From: Acidobacteriota bacterium
GTDB lineage: Bacteria; Acidobacteriota; UBA6911; RPQK01; JAJDTT01
Direction of reading: 5' to 3'
DNA length: 64,000 nucleotides
Assembly: GCA_965263035.1 (NCBI GenBank)
Contig: OZ253580.1
Coordinates: forward strand, 3,776,001-3,840,000
The stretch's first letter is position 1. Each line of letters opens with the position of its first letter. The notes below the pieces were generated by a model. It saw only the letters and a list, made by a program, of their open reading frames with translations, was not told the DNA's origin and made no database searches. Below, piece after piece: positions 49,980-60,110 of the stretch. The position numbers and the translations under genes are program-made.

Positions 49980-50783
49980 TCAGCGCGATTTCTTCAGCGC
50001 GTAAAGGGCGATCGGCGTGACGAGCCGAGCCGCAAGCGCCGGCGACAAGCGGTTCAAGCCGACCATCAGCCGGCCCAGCCCGGTCAGGTGCACTTCCCGG
50101 CGCCGCCGGCGAACCGCCTCTACAATGGTGCGAGCTACGGATTTCGAGGTGGCGGCCGCCCGGAAGAGACTGATGGCGGGTGCAGCGCTGGCAGTGCGGT
50201 GGGCCGCCTCAAGGAACTCGGTTTCGGTCAGGCCGGGACAGATGAGACTGATCCCCACACCGGTCCCTCTGAGTTCTCCCCAGAGCGCTTCGGCCAGGGC
50301 CGCCTGGGCGAACTTGGTCACGCAGTACGCCGAGAAATAGGGCATGGCCCGTCTACCGACGACACTGCTGACGAGGACGATGTGACCGCTCCCTTGCCGG
50401 AGCAGTCCGGGAAGGGCCGCGTGGATGGTCTCGTATCCGGACTGAAAGTTGACCTGCCAGATTCGGGTAAGCTCGTCCGGGGGAGTCTCGACGACGGGCC
50501 CCACAATGCCGTATCCGGCATTGGAGACGACAATATCGAGGCCTTGGAGTCGACGCCGGCATTCGCGGACGATTTCCGCTCCGCGGCCCGGCCGGCTCAG
50601 ATCATGGGCGGCCCAGACGGCCTCTCGTGCACCCCGGCGGCCGCACTCAAGTGCCACCTGCTCCAACCGTTCGCTCCGGCGAGCCACCAGAAAGAGCTCG
50701 CAGGATTCCGCGGCAAACGCGTAGGCAGTGGCTTCTCCGATGCCGGACGACGCCCCCGTAACGAGGACCTTTCCGCCCCTCAT
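49980..50783 (-). CDS. Short-chain dehydrogenase/reductase
   Basis: TGASSGIG, NAG, YCVTK. Confidence 0.92.
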   Translation of the reverse strand: MRGGKVLVTGASSGIGEATAYAFAAESCELFLVARRSERLEQVALECGRRGAREAVWAAHDLSRPGRGAEIVRECRRRLQGLDIVVSNAGYGIVGPVVETPPDELTRIWQVNFQSGYETIHAALPGLLRQGSGHIVLVSSVVGRRAMPYFSAYCVTKFAQAALAEALWGELRGTGVGISLICPGLTETEFLEAAHRTASAAPAISLFRAAATSKSVARTIVEAVRRRRREVHLTGLGRLMVGLNRLSPALAARLVTPIALYALKKSR

Positions 50784-50829
50784 TTCTGGGCTCGGATTGC
50801 TCGCCGCGGGGTGCGATGAGAAGTGCGGA

Positions 50830-52224
50830 CTAATCCTCGTCGTCCAGTTCTTCCGGCATGAGGACGAACTCGGGATAGGCCTCCATGCCCAACTCGCCCA
50901 CGTCCTGTCCCAGCCGTTCCACCTGGGCCGACACTCGCACGCCCATCGTCATCGCCAGCACTTTCCACACGATCAATGATGACGCGAACACGAACACACC
51001 CACCGACACGATGCCCAACAACTGGACCCCGACGTTGCCGCCCGCCGCTATGCAGACCGCGATCGTTCCCCAGGTCCCCGCAAACAGGTGCGCCGGCACC
51101 GCCCCCACCACGTCGTCGATCTTGACCTTCTCCAGGACCTTGATCCCCGCCGTGCACAGGATGGCGCCGATGGCGCCGATGAGAATCGACCAGTGGTGCG
51201 ACACGATGTCCGGTCCCGCCGTGATCGCCACCAGGCCCGCGATCCCCCCGTTCAACGTCGCGAACAGGTCATTGCGCCCCAGGATCGGCCGCGACACGAT
51301 CAGGGCCGTCACCACCCCGGCCGCCGCCGCCAGGTTCGTGTTCACCAGCACGTGGCTCATCGCCATCGCGTCCGCCGCGCTCCCCAGCGCCAACTGCGAC
51401 CCGCCGTTGAATCCGAACCACCCGAACCAGAGGATGAACACCCCCAGCGTCACGACGATCACGTTCGACGGCGGCGTCGGCTTCACCGTCCCGTCCTTCC
51501 GGAACTTGCCCAGCCGCGGCCCCACGATCAGGATCCCCGCCAACGCGGCCCAGCCGCCCGTGCTGTGCACGATCGTCGATCCCGCAAAATCCTGGAACCC
51601 CAGCTCGCTCAGCCAGCCGCCGCCCCAGGTCCACGCCCCCACCACCGGGTAGATCACCGCCGTCAGCACCACCGAGAACGCGAAAAACGACCACATCTTC
51701 ACCCGCTCGGCCAGCGCCCCCGACACGATCGACGCTGCCGTCGCCACGAACACCATCTGGAAAAACCAGTCCGACATGGTCGAGTACTTGCTCTCGGCCC
51801 CCGTCACCGCCGCTACCGCCCCGTCCTGGCCCGCCACCAGCGCCAGATCCGCCGCCGACGGCCCGTACAGCAACTTGAACGACCCGATCACGCTCCCCAC
51901 GTCCGTGTACATCAGGTTGTACCCGATCACGTAGTAGGCCAGCCCCGCGATCGAGTACAGACCGACGTTCTTCATGCAGATCATGGACGCGTTCTTGGTC
52001 CGCACCGACCCGGACTCCAGCATCGTGAACCCGGCGCACATCCACATCACCATGGCGCCCCAAACCATGAACGAGAAGGTGTTGAACACGTACAGCACCT
52101 CGTCGTCCACCGCCGCCTGCGCCGCCGCCGTCCCGCACAGCAGACAGATCACCACCAACAGCAGCTTCCCCACCGCTCCCCGCACCAGCCGCTTGTGCAG
52201 CGGGATCTTCGTTCCTTCTCTCAT
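50830..52224 (-). CDS. amt: Ammonium transporter
   Basis: GFTMLESG, FFQMVF, SGALAER, DFAGSTIVH, WFGWFGFNGGS, DDVVGAVPAH (twin His present). Confidence 0.96.
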   Translation of the reverse strand: MREGTKIPLHKRLVRGAVGKLLLVVICLLCGTAAAQAAVDDEVLYVFNTFSFMVWGAMVMWMCAGFTMLESGSVRTKNASMICMKNVGLYSIAGLAYYVIGYNLMYTDVGSVIGSFKLLYGPSAADLALVAGQDGAVAAVTGAESKYSTMSDWFFQMVFVATAASIVSGALAERVKMWSFFAFSVVLTAVIYPVVGAWTWGGGWLSELGFQDFAGSTIVHSTGGWAALAGILIVGPRLGKFRKDGTVKPTPPSNVIVVTLGVFILWFGWFGFNGGSQLALGSAADAMAMSHVLVNTNLAAAAGVVTALIVSRPILGRNDLFATLNGGIAGLVAITAGPDIVSHHWSILIGAIGAILCTAGIKVLEKVKIDDVVGAVPAHLFAGTWGTIAVCIAAGGNVGVQLLGIVSVGVFVFASSLIVWKVLAMTMGVRVSAQVERLGQDVGELGMEAYPEFVLMPEELDDED

Positions 52225-52356
52225 CGCTCCCTCCCGAGTCGCAGTTCCGTCGTAAACAGGATCCGTTGAACCTGCAATCGCCATATATCGATCTCAGCTA
52301 CAAACTTCGAATCCGTCCAGTCGATTTCGATCTCCCCCCGACGCCATCATGGGAAC

Positions 52357-52692
52357 TCAGCCCGCGTATGCGGCACGGGCTTCGGACCGTGATCCATGAG
52401 TTGGGATGACCCTGTCGAAGCCGCTGATGGTGAAGACCCTTTCGATGGAATCGGAGAGCGAGCAGACCGAGAATCGTCCTCTCCTTCTCTTTATTTGCTG
52501 GGCAAGGAGCAGAAATACACGCAGGCCCGCACTGCTGACATACGAGAGGCCTGCCAAATCCAGGATGACGTCATCGTCGTCGCCGATTGCCGCTTGCAGC
52601 GCGTTCTGAAACTCCAGCGCATTGGCGCCATCGACGCGACCGACTGCCGTGGCAATCAAGATTCCATCTTCCCTCTCTGCATCTACTTTCAT
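52357..52692 (-). CDS. STAS-domain anti-sigma factor antagonist
   Basis: GRVD, DLAGLSYVSSAGLRV, VFTISGF. Confidence 0.88.
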   Translation of the reverse strand: MKVDAEREDGILIATAVGRVDGANALEFQNALQAAIGDDDDVILDLAGLSYVSSAGLRVFLLLAQQIKRRRGRFSVCSLSDSIERVFTISGFDRVIPTHGSRSEARAAYAG

Positions 52693-52994
52693 ATGACCAA
52701 TCTCCCACAATTCACCAGCCACAAGCCTCCCCGATACTGGTCCCGCGGATCTTCTCGGATGTCAAGGCCCGAAGCCAGCGAGTTTACCTTGTTGCCTGAT
52801 CGGAAAACAGAGGTTGGTCAGGCAGAAAAGAGGTAAAGATTGGTCGGGATCGACCCCCGATTCGTGTGAGGCCAGTCGACTATCGAAATCTCGAATAATC
52901 GCGGTAGTGTTCGCCATCCGTTCTATTGACTCCCCGCCGGAGATCGTGGTACGCCTCTGCTCAGCAAGTCGCCAGCGAAGACAAGGAGCCACTC

Positions 52995-54500
52995 ATGAAG
53001 CCTAGCCGCATTCCGGGAATCATCCTGATTTTTCTCTGCTCAGTTGTGACAGGATTTCCGGCCAAACCACTCTCCTACGTGCACATCCCTTCGGGACAGC
53101 ATCAGTTGTTCCTGGACGATTTCTTGGTCGGCGCCCTCTACCGCGTCGAGCGCCGGGTCAATCCGCCAGTCAAGTACAAAGGCAACCCGGTGGTCCGGGC
53201 GGACCAGCCCTGGGAGCAGTCTCCGGGACCCGATTGGAATCCCGGAGTCAGCAAGTCGATCCAGATCCGCAGCGCCCCCTGCTGGGACCCCCAGGAGGAG
53301 GTTTGGAAGATGTGGTACCACGCCGGTGGGGAAACGGCGTTCGCCCGTTCCCGGGACGGGATCCAGTGGGAGAAACCGTCTTTGGGAATGCGGGAGTTTC
53401 AGGGATCCAAGGACAACAACCTGGTGGTGCTTCGAGACGCGCCCGGGACCTTCATCCAGCACGTACTGCTGGACCCCGACGCGGGGCCTGCACGGCGATA
53501 CAAGGGACTGACCGGATCTCATGACCGGCATCCCGTGGTCTCATCCGACGGCTACGAGTTCACCAAGCTGGACGTGCCGGTGATCCCCAGCCAGGACGAG
53601 TCGCATCTGAACTACGACGAGGTCAAGAAGCGGTTCATCGCCACGGTCAAGCACCGGGGCCCATTTGGCCGATCCGTGTTTCTGTCCCTGAGCACCGATT
53701 TCGAGAACTGGACCGACCCCGAGCTCATCTATCACGCCGATGCCTATGACCAACTGCTGGGTGAGAAGCGGGTCCGGGAGCATCTGGTCAATCCCAAACT
53801 CCGTCTGATGACCGTCAACCAGCCGGAGCACTACAACACCGAGATCTACAACATGCCCATCTTCCCTTACGAGGGGACCTACATCGGGCTGCCCAACCAC
53901 TTCGAAGCCGCCGGCCACTCTCCCAACCGGAACCAGGAGGGGATCAACTCGGTAAAGCTGTCCACCAGCCGCGATCTCCGGCGGTGGGTGAAGGTGGGCA
54001 ACCGGGGATCCTTCATTCCGGTCTCGGAATTGGGTAAAGGGGTGATCGACACGGGCCAGGTCCTGGCTGCGTCCCGGCCCCAGGTCCACGGAGACGAGCT
54101 TTGGTTCTATTACACCGGCCTGAACCACCGCTTCCAGACCGACGATCCCTACCGGGGCGGAATTCACCTGGCGAAGCTCAAGCGGGACCGGTTCGCCTAC
54201 TTCGGCGCGGACCAGGAGGGTGGGTTCGTGGAGACCCGAGCCATCCGCTTCGAAGGGAACCGGCTCTTCATCAACGCCGACGCCACGGATGGAGAGGTCC
54301 GAGTGGAGGTGATCGACCAACGGGGCCGCCGGGTGCTGGAAGGGTGGAGCCGTGACCAGTCCCAGCCGATCCAGGGCGACCACCTGCGAGCCGCGGTGAA
54401 GTGGGCGGGCAAACCGGACCTGGGCGCCTTTCAGGGTGAGTCGATCCGTTTTCGGTTCCGGCTCTACAACGCCCGGTTATTTTCGTTCTGGTTGGAATAG
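52995..54500 (+). CDS. Secreted glycoside-hydrolase-like beta-propeller protein (paralog 3)
   Basis: QLFLDD, WKMWY, SRDGIQWEKP, SRDLRRW, NARLFSFW; SD AAGGAG. Confidence 0.78.
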   Translation: MKPSRIPGIILIFLCSVVTGFPAKPLSYVHIPSGQHQLFLDDFLVGALYRVERRVNPPVKYKGNPVVRADQPWEQSPGPDWNPGVSKSIQIRSAPCWDPQEEVWKMWYHAGGETAFARSRDGIQWEKPSLGMREFQGSKDNNLVVLRDAPGTFIQHVLLDPDAGPARRYKGLTGSHDRHPVVSSDGYEFTKLDVPVIPSQDESHLNYDEVKKRFIATVKHRGPFGRSVFLSLSTDFENWTDPELIYHADAYDQLLGEKRVREHLVNPKLRLMTVNQPEHYNTEIYNMPIFPYEGTYIGLPNHFEAAGHSPNRNQEGINSVKLSTSRDLRRWVKVGNRGSFIPVSELGKGVIDTGQVLAASRPQVHGDELWFYYTGLNHRFQTDDPYRGGIHLAKLKRDRFAYFGADQEGGFVETRAIRFEGNRLFINADATDGEVRVEVIDQRGRRVLEGWSRDQSQPIQGDHLRAAVKWAGKPDLGAFQGESIRFRFRLYNARLFSFWLE

Positions 54501-54527
54501 CTCTTGGACCCTGAAAGGAGCGAAAGA

Positions 54528-55700
54528 ATGAAGGACAGGCCCAGGATCGCCAGCATCGAGGTCTTCCAGTACGAGCGGGACGTCAACGACGTGGGGGTCG
54601 AGCCGACCATCGGCATTCTCATCTACCAGCCTGGCGGGGTGCAGAAGTTTCGCGGCCGGGGCCTCCGGATCCACACCGACCTGGGAGTCACGGGGGAGTA
54701 TTTCGGGGGATTCGAGGCCGACTACGCCGTCGTCGCCGGGCTGGCCCACACCCTTATCGGCCGCAACGCATTGGAGCGGGACGCCATCTACGACGACCTG
54801 AAGCAGGCCACCCGGCAGCAGTCCCGAATGGGTATGGGGGTGGTGGACATCGCGCTCTGGGATCTGGCCGGCAAGTACTACGACGCACCGGTCTATGAGC
54901 TTCTCGGCGGATCGGCCGGCAAGAAGCTCCCCTGTTACGCCAGCACCTACGTCGGCGACTACGAGCAGGGAGGCCTCAACAGCCCAGAGGCCTACGCGGA
55001 CTTCGCCGAGGAGTGCCTGGAAATGGGTTACCCCGGCTTCAAGATCCACGGCTGGCAGGACGGTCCTCTCAAGGACCAGATCGAATTGGTTCGGGCCGTG
55101 GGCCGAAGAGTGGGGGACAGAATGGACCTGATGCTGGACCCCTTCTGCGCCATCCGAACGTTTGCTGACGCCCTGAAGCTGGGCCGGGCCTGCGACGAGT
55201 TCGACTATTTCTGGTACGAGGACCCTTTCCGGGACGGCGGTGTCTCGGCTTTCGCCCACCGGAAACTGCGCCAGCTCATCAAGACGCCCCTCCTTCAGTT
55301 GGAACACCTGAGGGGCCTGGAGTCGCATGTGGACTTCATCGTGGCCGACGGCACCGACTTCGTGCGCATCGATACCGACTACGACGGCGGCATCACCGGG
55401 GTGATGAAGATCGCTCACGCCGCGGAGGGATTCGGCCTGGATGTGGAGCTGCATGGACCGGGCCCGGACCGGCGCCACGTGATGGCCGCCATCCGCAACA
55501 CCAATTACTACGAAATGGGCTTGCTCCATCCGCAGCTGGGCCCCTTCCACATGGCGCCCTTCAAATGCGGCTATCGGGACGCCATCGACGCCATCGACGC
55601 GGATGGCTGCGTCGTCGCCCCCGACGGTCCGGGACTGGGCGTCGAGTATGACTGGGACTACATCATGGACCACTGTGCGGATCGGGCGGAGTACAAATAG
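54528..55700 (+). CDS. Mandelate racemase-family enzyme (cytoplasmic)
   Basis: DIALWDLAGK, FKIH, LMLDP, YEDP, LE, PGLGVE; SD AAAGGAG. Confidence 0.9.
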   Translation: MKDRPRIASIEVFQYERDVNDVGVEPTIGILIYQPGGVQKFRGRGLRIHTDLGVTGEYFGGFEADYAVVAGLAHTLIGRNALERDAIYDDLKQATRQQSRMGMGVVDIALWDLAGKYYDAPVYELLGGSAGKKLPCYASTYVGDYEQGGLNSPEAYADFAEECLEMGYPGFKIHGWQDGPLKDQIELVRAVGRRVGDRMDLMLDPFCAIRTFADALKLGRACDEFDYFWYEDPFRDGGVSAFAHRKLRQLIKTPLLQLEHLRGLESHVDFIVADGTDFVRIDTDYDGGITGVMKIAHAAEGFGLDVELHGPGPDRRHVMAAIRNTNYYEMGLLHPQLGPFHMAPFKCGYRDAIDAIDADGCVVAPDGPGLGVEYDWDYIMDHCADRAEYK

Positions 55701-55741
55701 GGCGCGCTTGAGCCGATTCGAGACCGGAGGACTGGTTTGAG

Positions 55742-57133
55742 ATGGGCACGCAGGGTTGGCAGGAATATCTGAAGGATCGTCAAGACCGGTGGATCGAGGA
55801 ACTGAGCGAGTTTCTGACCATCCCCAGCATCTCGGCGCTGCCCGAGCACGCCGGTGACGTGCAGCAAGCGGCCCGTTGGGTCGGCGACCGGCTGCAGAGG
55901 GCGGGCATCGAGAACGTCGAGGTCCTCCCCACCGAAGGGCATCCCGTGGTCTACGGCGACTGGCTTCACGCCTCGGGCCGCCCCACGCTCCTGGTTTATG
56001 GACATTTCGACGTGCAGCCGGTGGATCCGGTGGAGCTCTGGAGCCACCCTCCCTTCGAGCCGGTGGTCCGGGACGGCCGGATCTACGCTCGAGGATCGTC
56101 TGACGACAAGGGGAACATGCTGGCTCCGATCCTGGCCGTTCAGGCCCTGCTGGAGACAACGGGAACCCTCCCCTTGAACCTGAAATTCCTGCTGGAGGGC
56201 CAGGAGGAGATCGGAAGTCCCCACCTTCCCCCCTTCATGAAGGCCGAGGCGGGACGGTTCGCATCCGACATGGCGGTGAGCGCCGACGGTTCCCAGTGGA
56301 GCGAGGAGGAACCGGCCACCTGGGTCTCGTTGCGCGGTCTTTGCGGTCTGCAGATCAATGTCCAGGGTCCTTCCCGGGACCTGCATTCGGGACTCTTCGG
56401 CGGCGCCGTCCAGAACCCCGTGCACGCCCTGGTTCGCCTGCTGGACTCCATGCGCTCAGCCGACGGCCGAGTGCTGGTCCAGGGCTTCTACGACGACGTA
56501 CGACAGCCCGATGACAGGTTGAGGAGCGAGCTGGCCCGGGTCCCGTACCGGGAGGCGGAACTGCTGGCCTCCATCGGAGTGAGCGAGACGTTCGGCGAGC
56601 CGGGGTTCAGCACCTACGAGCGGGAGTGGATTCGGCCGACCCTGGAGATCAACGGTATCTGGGGAGGTTTTCAGGGAGACGGTATGAAGACGGTCCTGCC
56701 TCGCCAGGCTCACGCCAAGGTCACCTGCCGCCTGGTGGCCGATCAGGAGCCGGACCGGATCTTGGAGGCCATCACCCGTCACGTGGAGCGGAACACGCCG
56801 CCGGGCGTCGAGGCGGAGGTCGTCGCTTTGGGATCGTCGTCCATGCCCTATTCCATCCCCATCGATCACCCGGGAAACCGGACGGCCGGCAAAGTGCTGG
56901 AGGAGCTCTACGGCAGAAGGCCGTACGTGGTGGGATCGGGAGGAAGCATCGCCACCTGCGGCCTCATCCTGGAGCATCTGGGGATCCACACCGTGAATCT
57001 CTCATTCGGCCTCGATGACGAATGCGCTCACAGTCCCGACGAATTCTTCCGTCTTTCCAGTTTTGAGAGAGCCCAGATCGCCCACGGCAGGTTCATGGAG
57101 GTCCTGGCCGCCGACTCCGGTCACGGATCTTGA
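55742..57133 (+). CDS. M20 family dipeptidase
   Basis: YGHFDVQP, RGSSDDKG, EGQEE, DLHSG, AHSPDE. Confidence 0.92.
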   Translation: MGTQGWQEYLKDRQDRWIEELSEFLTIPSISALPEHAGDVQQAARWVGDRLQRAGIENVEVLPTEGHPVVYGDWLHASGRPTLLVYGHFDVQPVDPVELWSHPPFEPVVRDGRIYARGSSDDKGNMLAPILAVQALLETTGTLPLNLKFLLEGQEEIGSPHLPPFMKAEAGRFASDMAVSADGSQWSEEEPATWVSLRGLCGLQINVQGPSRDLHSGLFGGAVQNPVHALVRLLDSMRSADGRVLVQGFYDDVRQPDDRLRSELARVPYREAELLASIGVSETFGEPGFSTYEREWIRPTLEINGIWGGFQGDGMKTVLPRQAHAKVTCRLVADQEPDRILEAITRHVERNTPPGVEAEVVALGSSSMPYSIPIDHPGNRTAGKVLEELYGRRPYVVGSGGSIATCGLILEHLGIHTVNLSFGLDDECAHSPDEFFRLSSFERAQIAHGRFMEVLAADSGHGS

Positions 57134-57194
57134 TGAACTGGAGCAGCCGGGGAGGTTCTGCAACCTTGCCCTCGACTTGGAGGGGTCGTTCGGG

Positions 57195-58457
57195 TCAGAG
57201 GCAGGCGGCTGGAATTCCCACCAAGCGAGGACCGTAGAGGCGGGGCCTCTCATCGTTGTTGATGACGAACCCGAGGCGACAGGCGTACTCCTCGACAAAA
57301 TCGCTTATGGGGCGGAGTTCACGGGCGCGGACGGTCTGAGGGTATTTGATCTCGATGGGGACAACCCCAAAGGTCCCCTCCAGGACCAGATCGACCTCGG
57401 CGCCCCCGTGGGTCCGATAGTGATAAGGGTCACAGGCGATTCCACTTGCGGCCAACCCTCTGAGTATCTGTTCAACGACCGTTCCTTCCCACGACCGGAC
57501 CATTTGAGGATGCCCCCGTAAATCGTCCAGTTCACCGATTCGAAGCAGGTGGTGGAGTAGGCCCGAGTCGCGAAGATGCCCGCGCGGGCTCTTGACCACG
57601 CGCTTGAGCACGTTGCGTGTGAAAGCGGGCAGAGTCCTCCAGAGGAAGGAACCGTGCGCGATCTCGAAATACTCGCGGGCGGTGGGCTGGGATACATTCA
57701 GAGCGCGAGCGACGTCCGAGTAGTTCAAGATCGTGCCCGAAAGACCTGCGAGCAACTGGATGAAGCGGCGAAAGCGGTTTCGGTTCAGACCGGGGAAGAG
57801 GGTCCCGATGTCGCGGTGAAGGTAGGTTTGAACGTACTGTTCCTGCCAGACTTGACGGAACCGATCTCCACCCTTGACCCAGGGTTGGGGATATCCTCCC
57901 CAGAACCAGTATTCGTGGAGTTTCCGAATTCCCGCACGGGGTGTCAGCTCCTTTACGAAGCGTTCCGGCTTCCAGCCTTGCGACAGCCCGGAGAAAAAAG
58001 GACTCGGGGGCTCGCGGATCGCTTCCGCCAGGGAAAAGGGGCCCATCTCGATCAGGCCGATCCGGCCGGCTAGACTCTCCGAGATCCGCCCGGTGAGGTC
58101 AGGCGAACTCGAACCGGTAATGACGAATCTGCCGGTTCGGGATCGATCGGCATCGACGGCGACCCTCAACGCTTGGAAGAGTGGAGGAAAGGCCTGTGCT
58201 TCGTCGATGGCCACTCGATCAGGATGTAGACGGAAAAACAGATCGGGGTCGCGCGCAATGGCTTCGAAATCCGATTGTCGTTCCAGATCGAAATGCAACC
58301 ATCCTTTGCCCAACTGTCCCAGCAAAGTGGTCTTCCCACACTGTCGTGGTCCGATAAGACCGACACAGGGGAAGAACCCCAGGTATTCGAGAAGAAGTTT
58401 AGTGGTATGACGTGGAATCACACCTGGAATATTGAAAGGTACAGTTTGAAAATACAA
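57195..58457 (-). CDS. AAA+ ATPase (AAA_14) with DUF4143 C-terminus
   Basis: GPRQCGKT Walker A, IDEAQ Walker B, TGSS, ESLAGR, GGYP, DSGL, EVDLV-PIEIK; start may be GTG 58421. Confidence 0.88.
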   Translation of the reverse strand: MYFQTVPFNIPGVIPRHTTKLLLEYLGFFPCVGLIGPRQCGKTTLLGQLGKGWLHFDLERQSDFEAIARDPDLFFRLHPDRVAIDEAQAFPPLFQALRVAVDADRSRTGRFVITGSSSPDLTGRISESLAGRIGLIEMGPFSLAEAIREPPSPFFSGLSQGWKPERFVKELTPRAGIRKLHEYWFWGGYPQPWVKGGDRFRQVWQEQYVQTYLHRDIGTLFPGLNRNRFRRFIQLLAGLSGTILNYSDVARALNVSQPTAREYFEIAHGSFLWRTLPAFTRNVLKRVVKSPRGHLRDSGLLHHLLRIGELDDLRGHPQMVRSWEGTVVEQILRGLAASGIACDPYHYRTHGGAEVDLVLEGTFGVVPIEIKYPQTVRARELRPISDFVEEYACRLGFVINNDERPRLYGPRLVGIPAACL

Positions 58458-58645
58458 GGTGAAATTGCACGATCGACCTTGCTACAGACGCATACGACTC
58501 CGGCCGGTAGGGGAGTAAGCGTTTGAATCGGGACGAATGGTCGCCGTGAAGACCTTGCCGATCCCCGTGCCGCGCCAGCCCGTCGCCGCAGGGCAGCGGG
58601 GTTCTGACCGCTCGCCCGACGAGAAACCGCTCGATACGCGTTCGT

Positions 58646-59965
58646 TCAGGCGACGCCGCACCAGTCCATGGCCACCTGGGCATAGGCCTTGGTGGCGACC
58701 ATCAACTCCGAGATGTCCAGGAACTCGTCCACGGCGTGGGCCTGGAGCAGGCTTCCGGGACCGTACACCAGGCTGGGAATGCCTTTGGCGCTCAGGAACG
58801 CCGCGTCGCAGACGGCATAGAAGCCCTGCATGGCGGCAGGACCCTCGAAGGGAGTGCCTCGGGCAGCGGTCTCATGGGCGGCGGCCATGGCCTTGCAGAT
58901 GGGATGCTCCCGGTCGACCGAGAAGGGAGGCCAGTGCAGTTTCCACTCCACTTCAGGAGGATTCTCGCGGAGCCATTCGTCCAGCTGGGCGGCGTGGTGG
59001 ATCTGGTTCTCCACCTCCTGCTTGACCTCTTCCTCCGACTGCTCCGGGTGGTACCAGATGGCATACTCGATGGTGCAGAACTCGGAAATGAAGAAGGGGA
59101 CCCCCACGCCGTGGGGCGCTCCCATGACCACTCCGGGATGGAGAGTGAAATGCCCGGGCTTGAACAGGTCGTGGACCTTGGTGAGCCCCCATTCGTCTTC
59201 CAGCTTCCGGAGGCATTCGAAAATGAACACGCCCTTGTCGATGGCGTTGACAGCCACACTGGATCCGAAACCGCCCGCCCGGAAGGTTTCGGCCCGGGTG
59301 GACGCATGACTCGACTTGCCGCGGCAGGTGACCGCCATCCAGAGGAGTCCCGGACTGATGGGAACGATCGCCAGGGGCCGCACCGGCGCCGAGGCCTCGG
59401 AGACCACGGCCGCATCCGCCCGGTAGCCTCTTCGAACCGTGGCCGTGACGCCCGCCTCGTGGTCCATCACCTCTTCACCCACCACGCTCTCCAGGAGCAG
59501 GTCCCCCTTGAGCCGTATCCCCAGGCGCTGCAGCGCCAGAGCCGCCATGGCTTGGCTCACCACCGGTCCCTTCATGTCGCAGGAACCCCGGCCGTAGATT
59601 TTCCCCCCGTCCACCTTGCCGCTGAAAGGGTCGGACCATCTCCAGTCTTCCGGTCGTCCGGTGGGCACGGTATCGATGTGGCCGTTGAAGATTAGGGACT
59701 GTCCCCCGCCGGCTCCCTTGAGGACGCCCACGGCGTTGGCTCGGCGGGCCTCCGCTTCCCAGACGTCGACTTCGCACCCGACGGTCCGGTAGAGCTCCGC
59801 CACGACCTGGTTGGCATTGGTCTCCCCTCCCAGGACCTCTTCCTTGACCACTCCCGGATACTTGGGATTGATGCTGGGAATCCGGACGACTTCGCTGATC
59901 TTCTCGACGATCTCGTCCTGCATTCCGTCGATGGTCTCGAATACCTTGGCCGTGAGTTCCGTCAT
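58646..59965 (-). CDS. ArgE/DapE-family M20 deacylase
   Basis: FNGHIDTVP, GRGSCDMKG, GEE, AHAVDE; SD AAGGAG. Confidence 0.92.
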   Translation of the reverse strand: MTELTAKVFETIDGMQDEIVEKISEVVRIPSINPKYPGVVKEEVLGGETNANQVVAELYRTVGCEVDVWEAEARRANAVGVLKGAGGGQSLIFNGHIDTVPTGRPEDWRWSDPFSGKVDGGKIYGRGSCDMKGPVVSQAMAALALQRLGIRLKGDLLLESVVGEEVMDHEAGVTATVRRGYRADAAVVSEASAPVRPLAIVPISPGLLWMAVTCRGKSSHASTRAETFRAGGFGSSVAVNAIDKGVFIFECLRKLEDEWGLTKVHDLFKPGHFTLHPGVVMGAPHGVGVPFFISEFCTIEYAIWYHPEQSEEEVKQEVENQIHHAAQLDEWLRENPPEVEWKLHWPPFSVDREHPICKAMAAAHETAARGTPFEGPAAMQGFYAVCDAAFLSAKGIPSLVYGPGSLLQAHAVDEFLDISELMVATKAYAQVAMDWCGVA

Positions 59966-60011
59966 GACTGACTCCTTGATGGTCTGGTTTGCCTGAAATT
60001 TGGCGGTTTGG

Positions 60012-60040
60012 ATGCTATGGGCTGACCGCCGCCCGGTCAA
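60012..60040 (-). promoter_or_regulatory. sigma70 promoter of the M20 deacylase
   Basis: TTGACC-17 bp-TAGCAT on the minus strand. Confidence 0.65.
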
Positions 60041-60110
60041 GCCCCCGGGCGCCGAATCCAAGCGCCGACGACGTTACGTCTGGCCGAACCGCCGGACCTG
60101 TGATCGTGCC

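Noticed and set aside
52225-52356. sigma54/NtrC promoter for amt
   Set aside because: TGGC and TTGC are present but not at -24/-12 spacing
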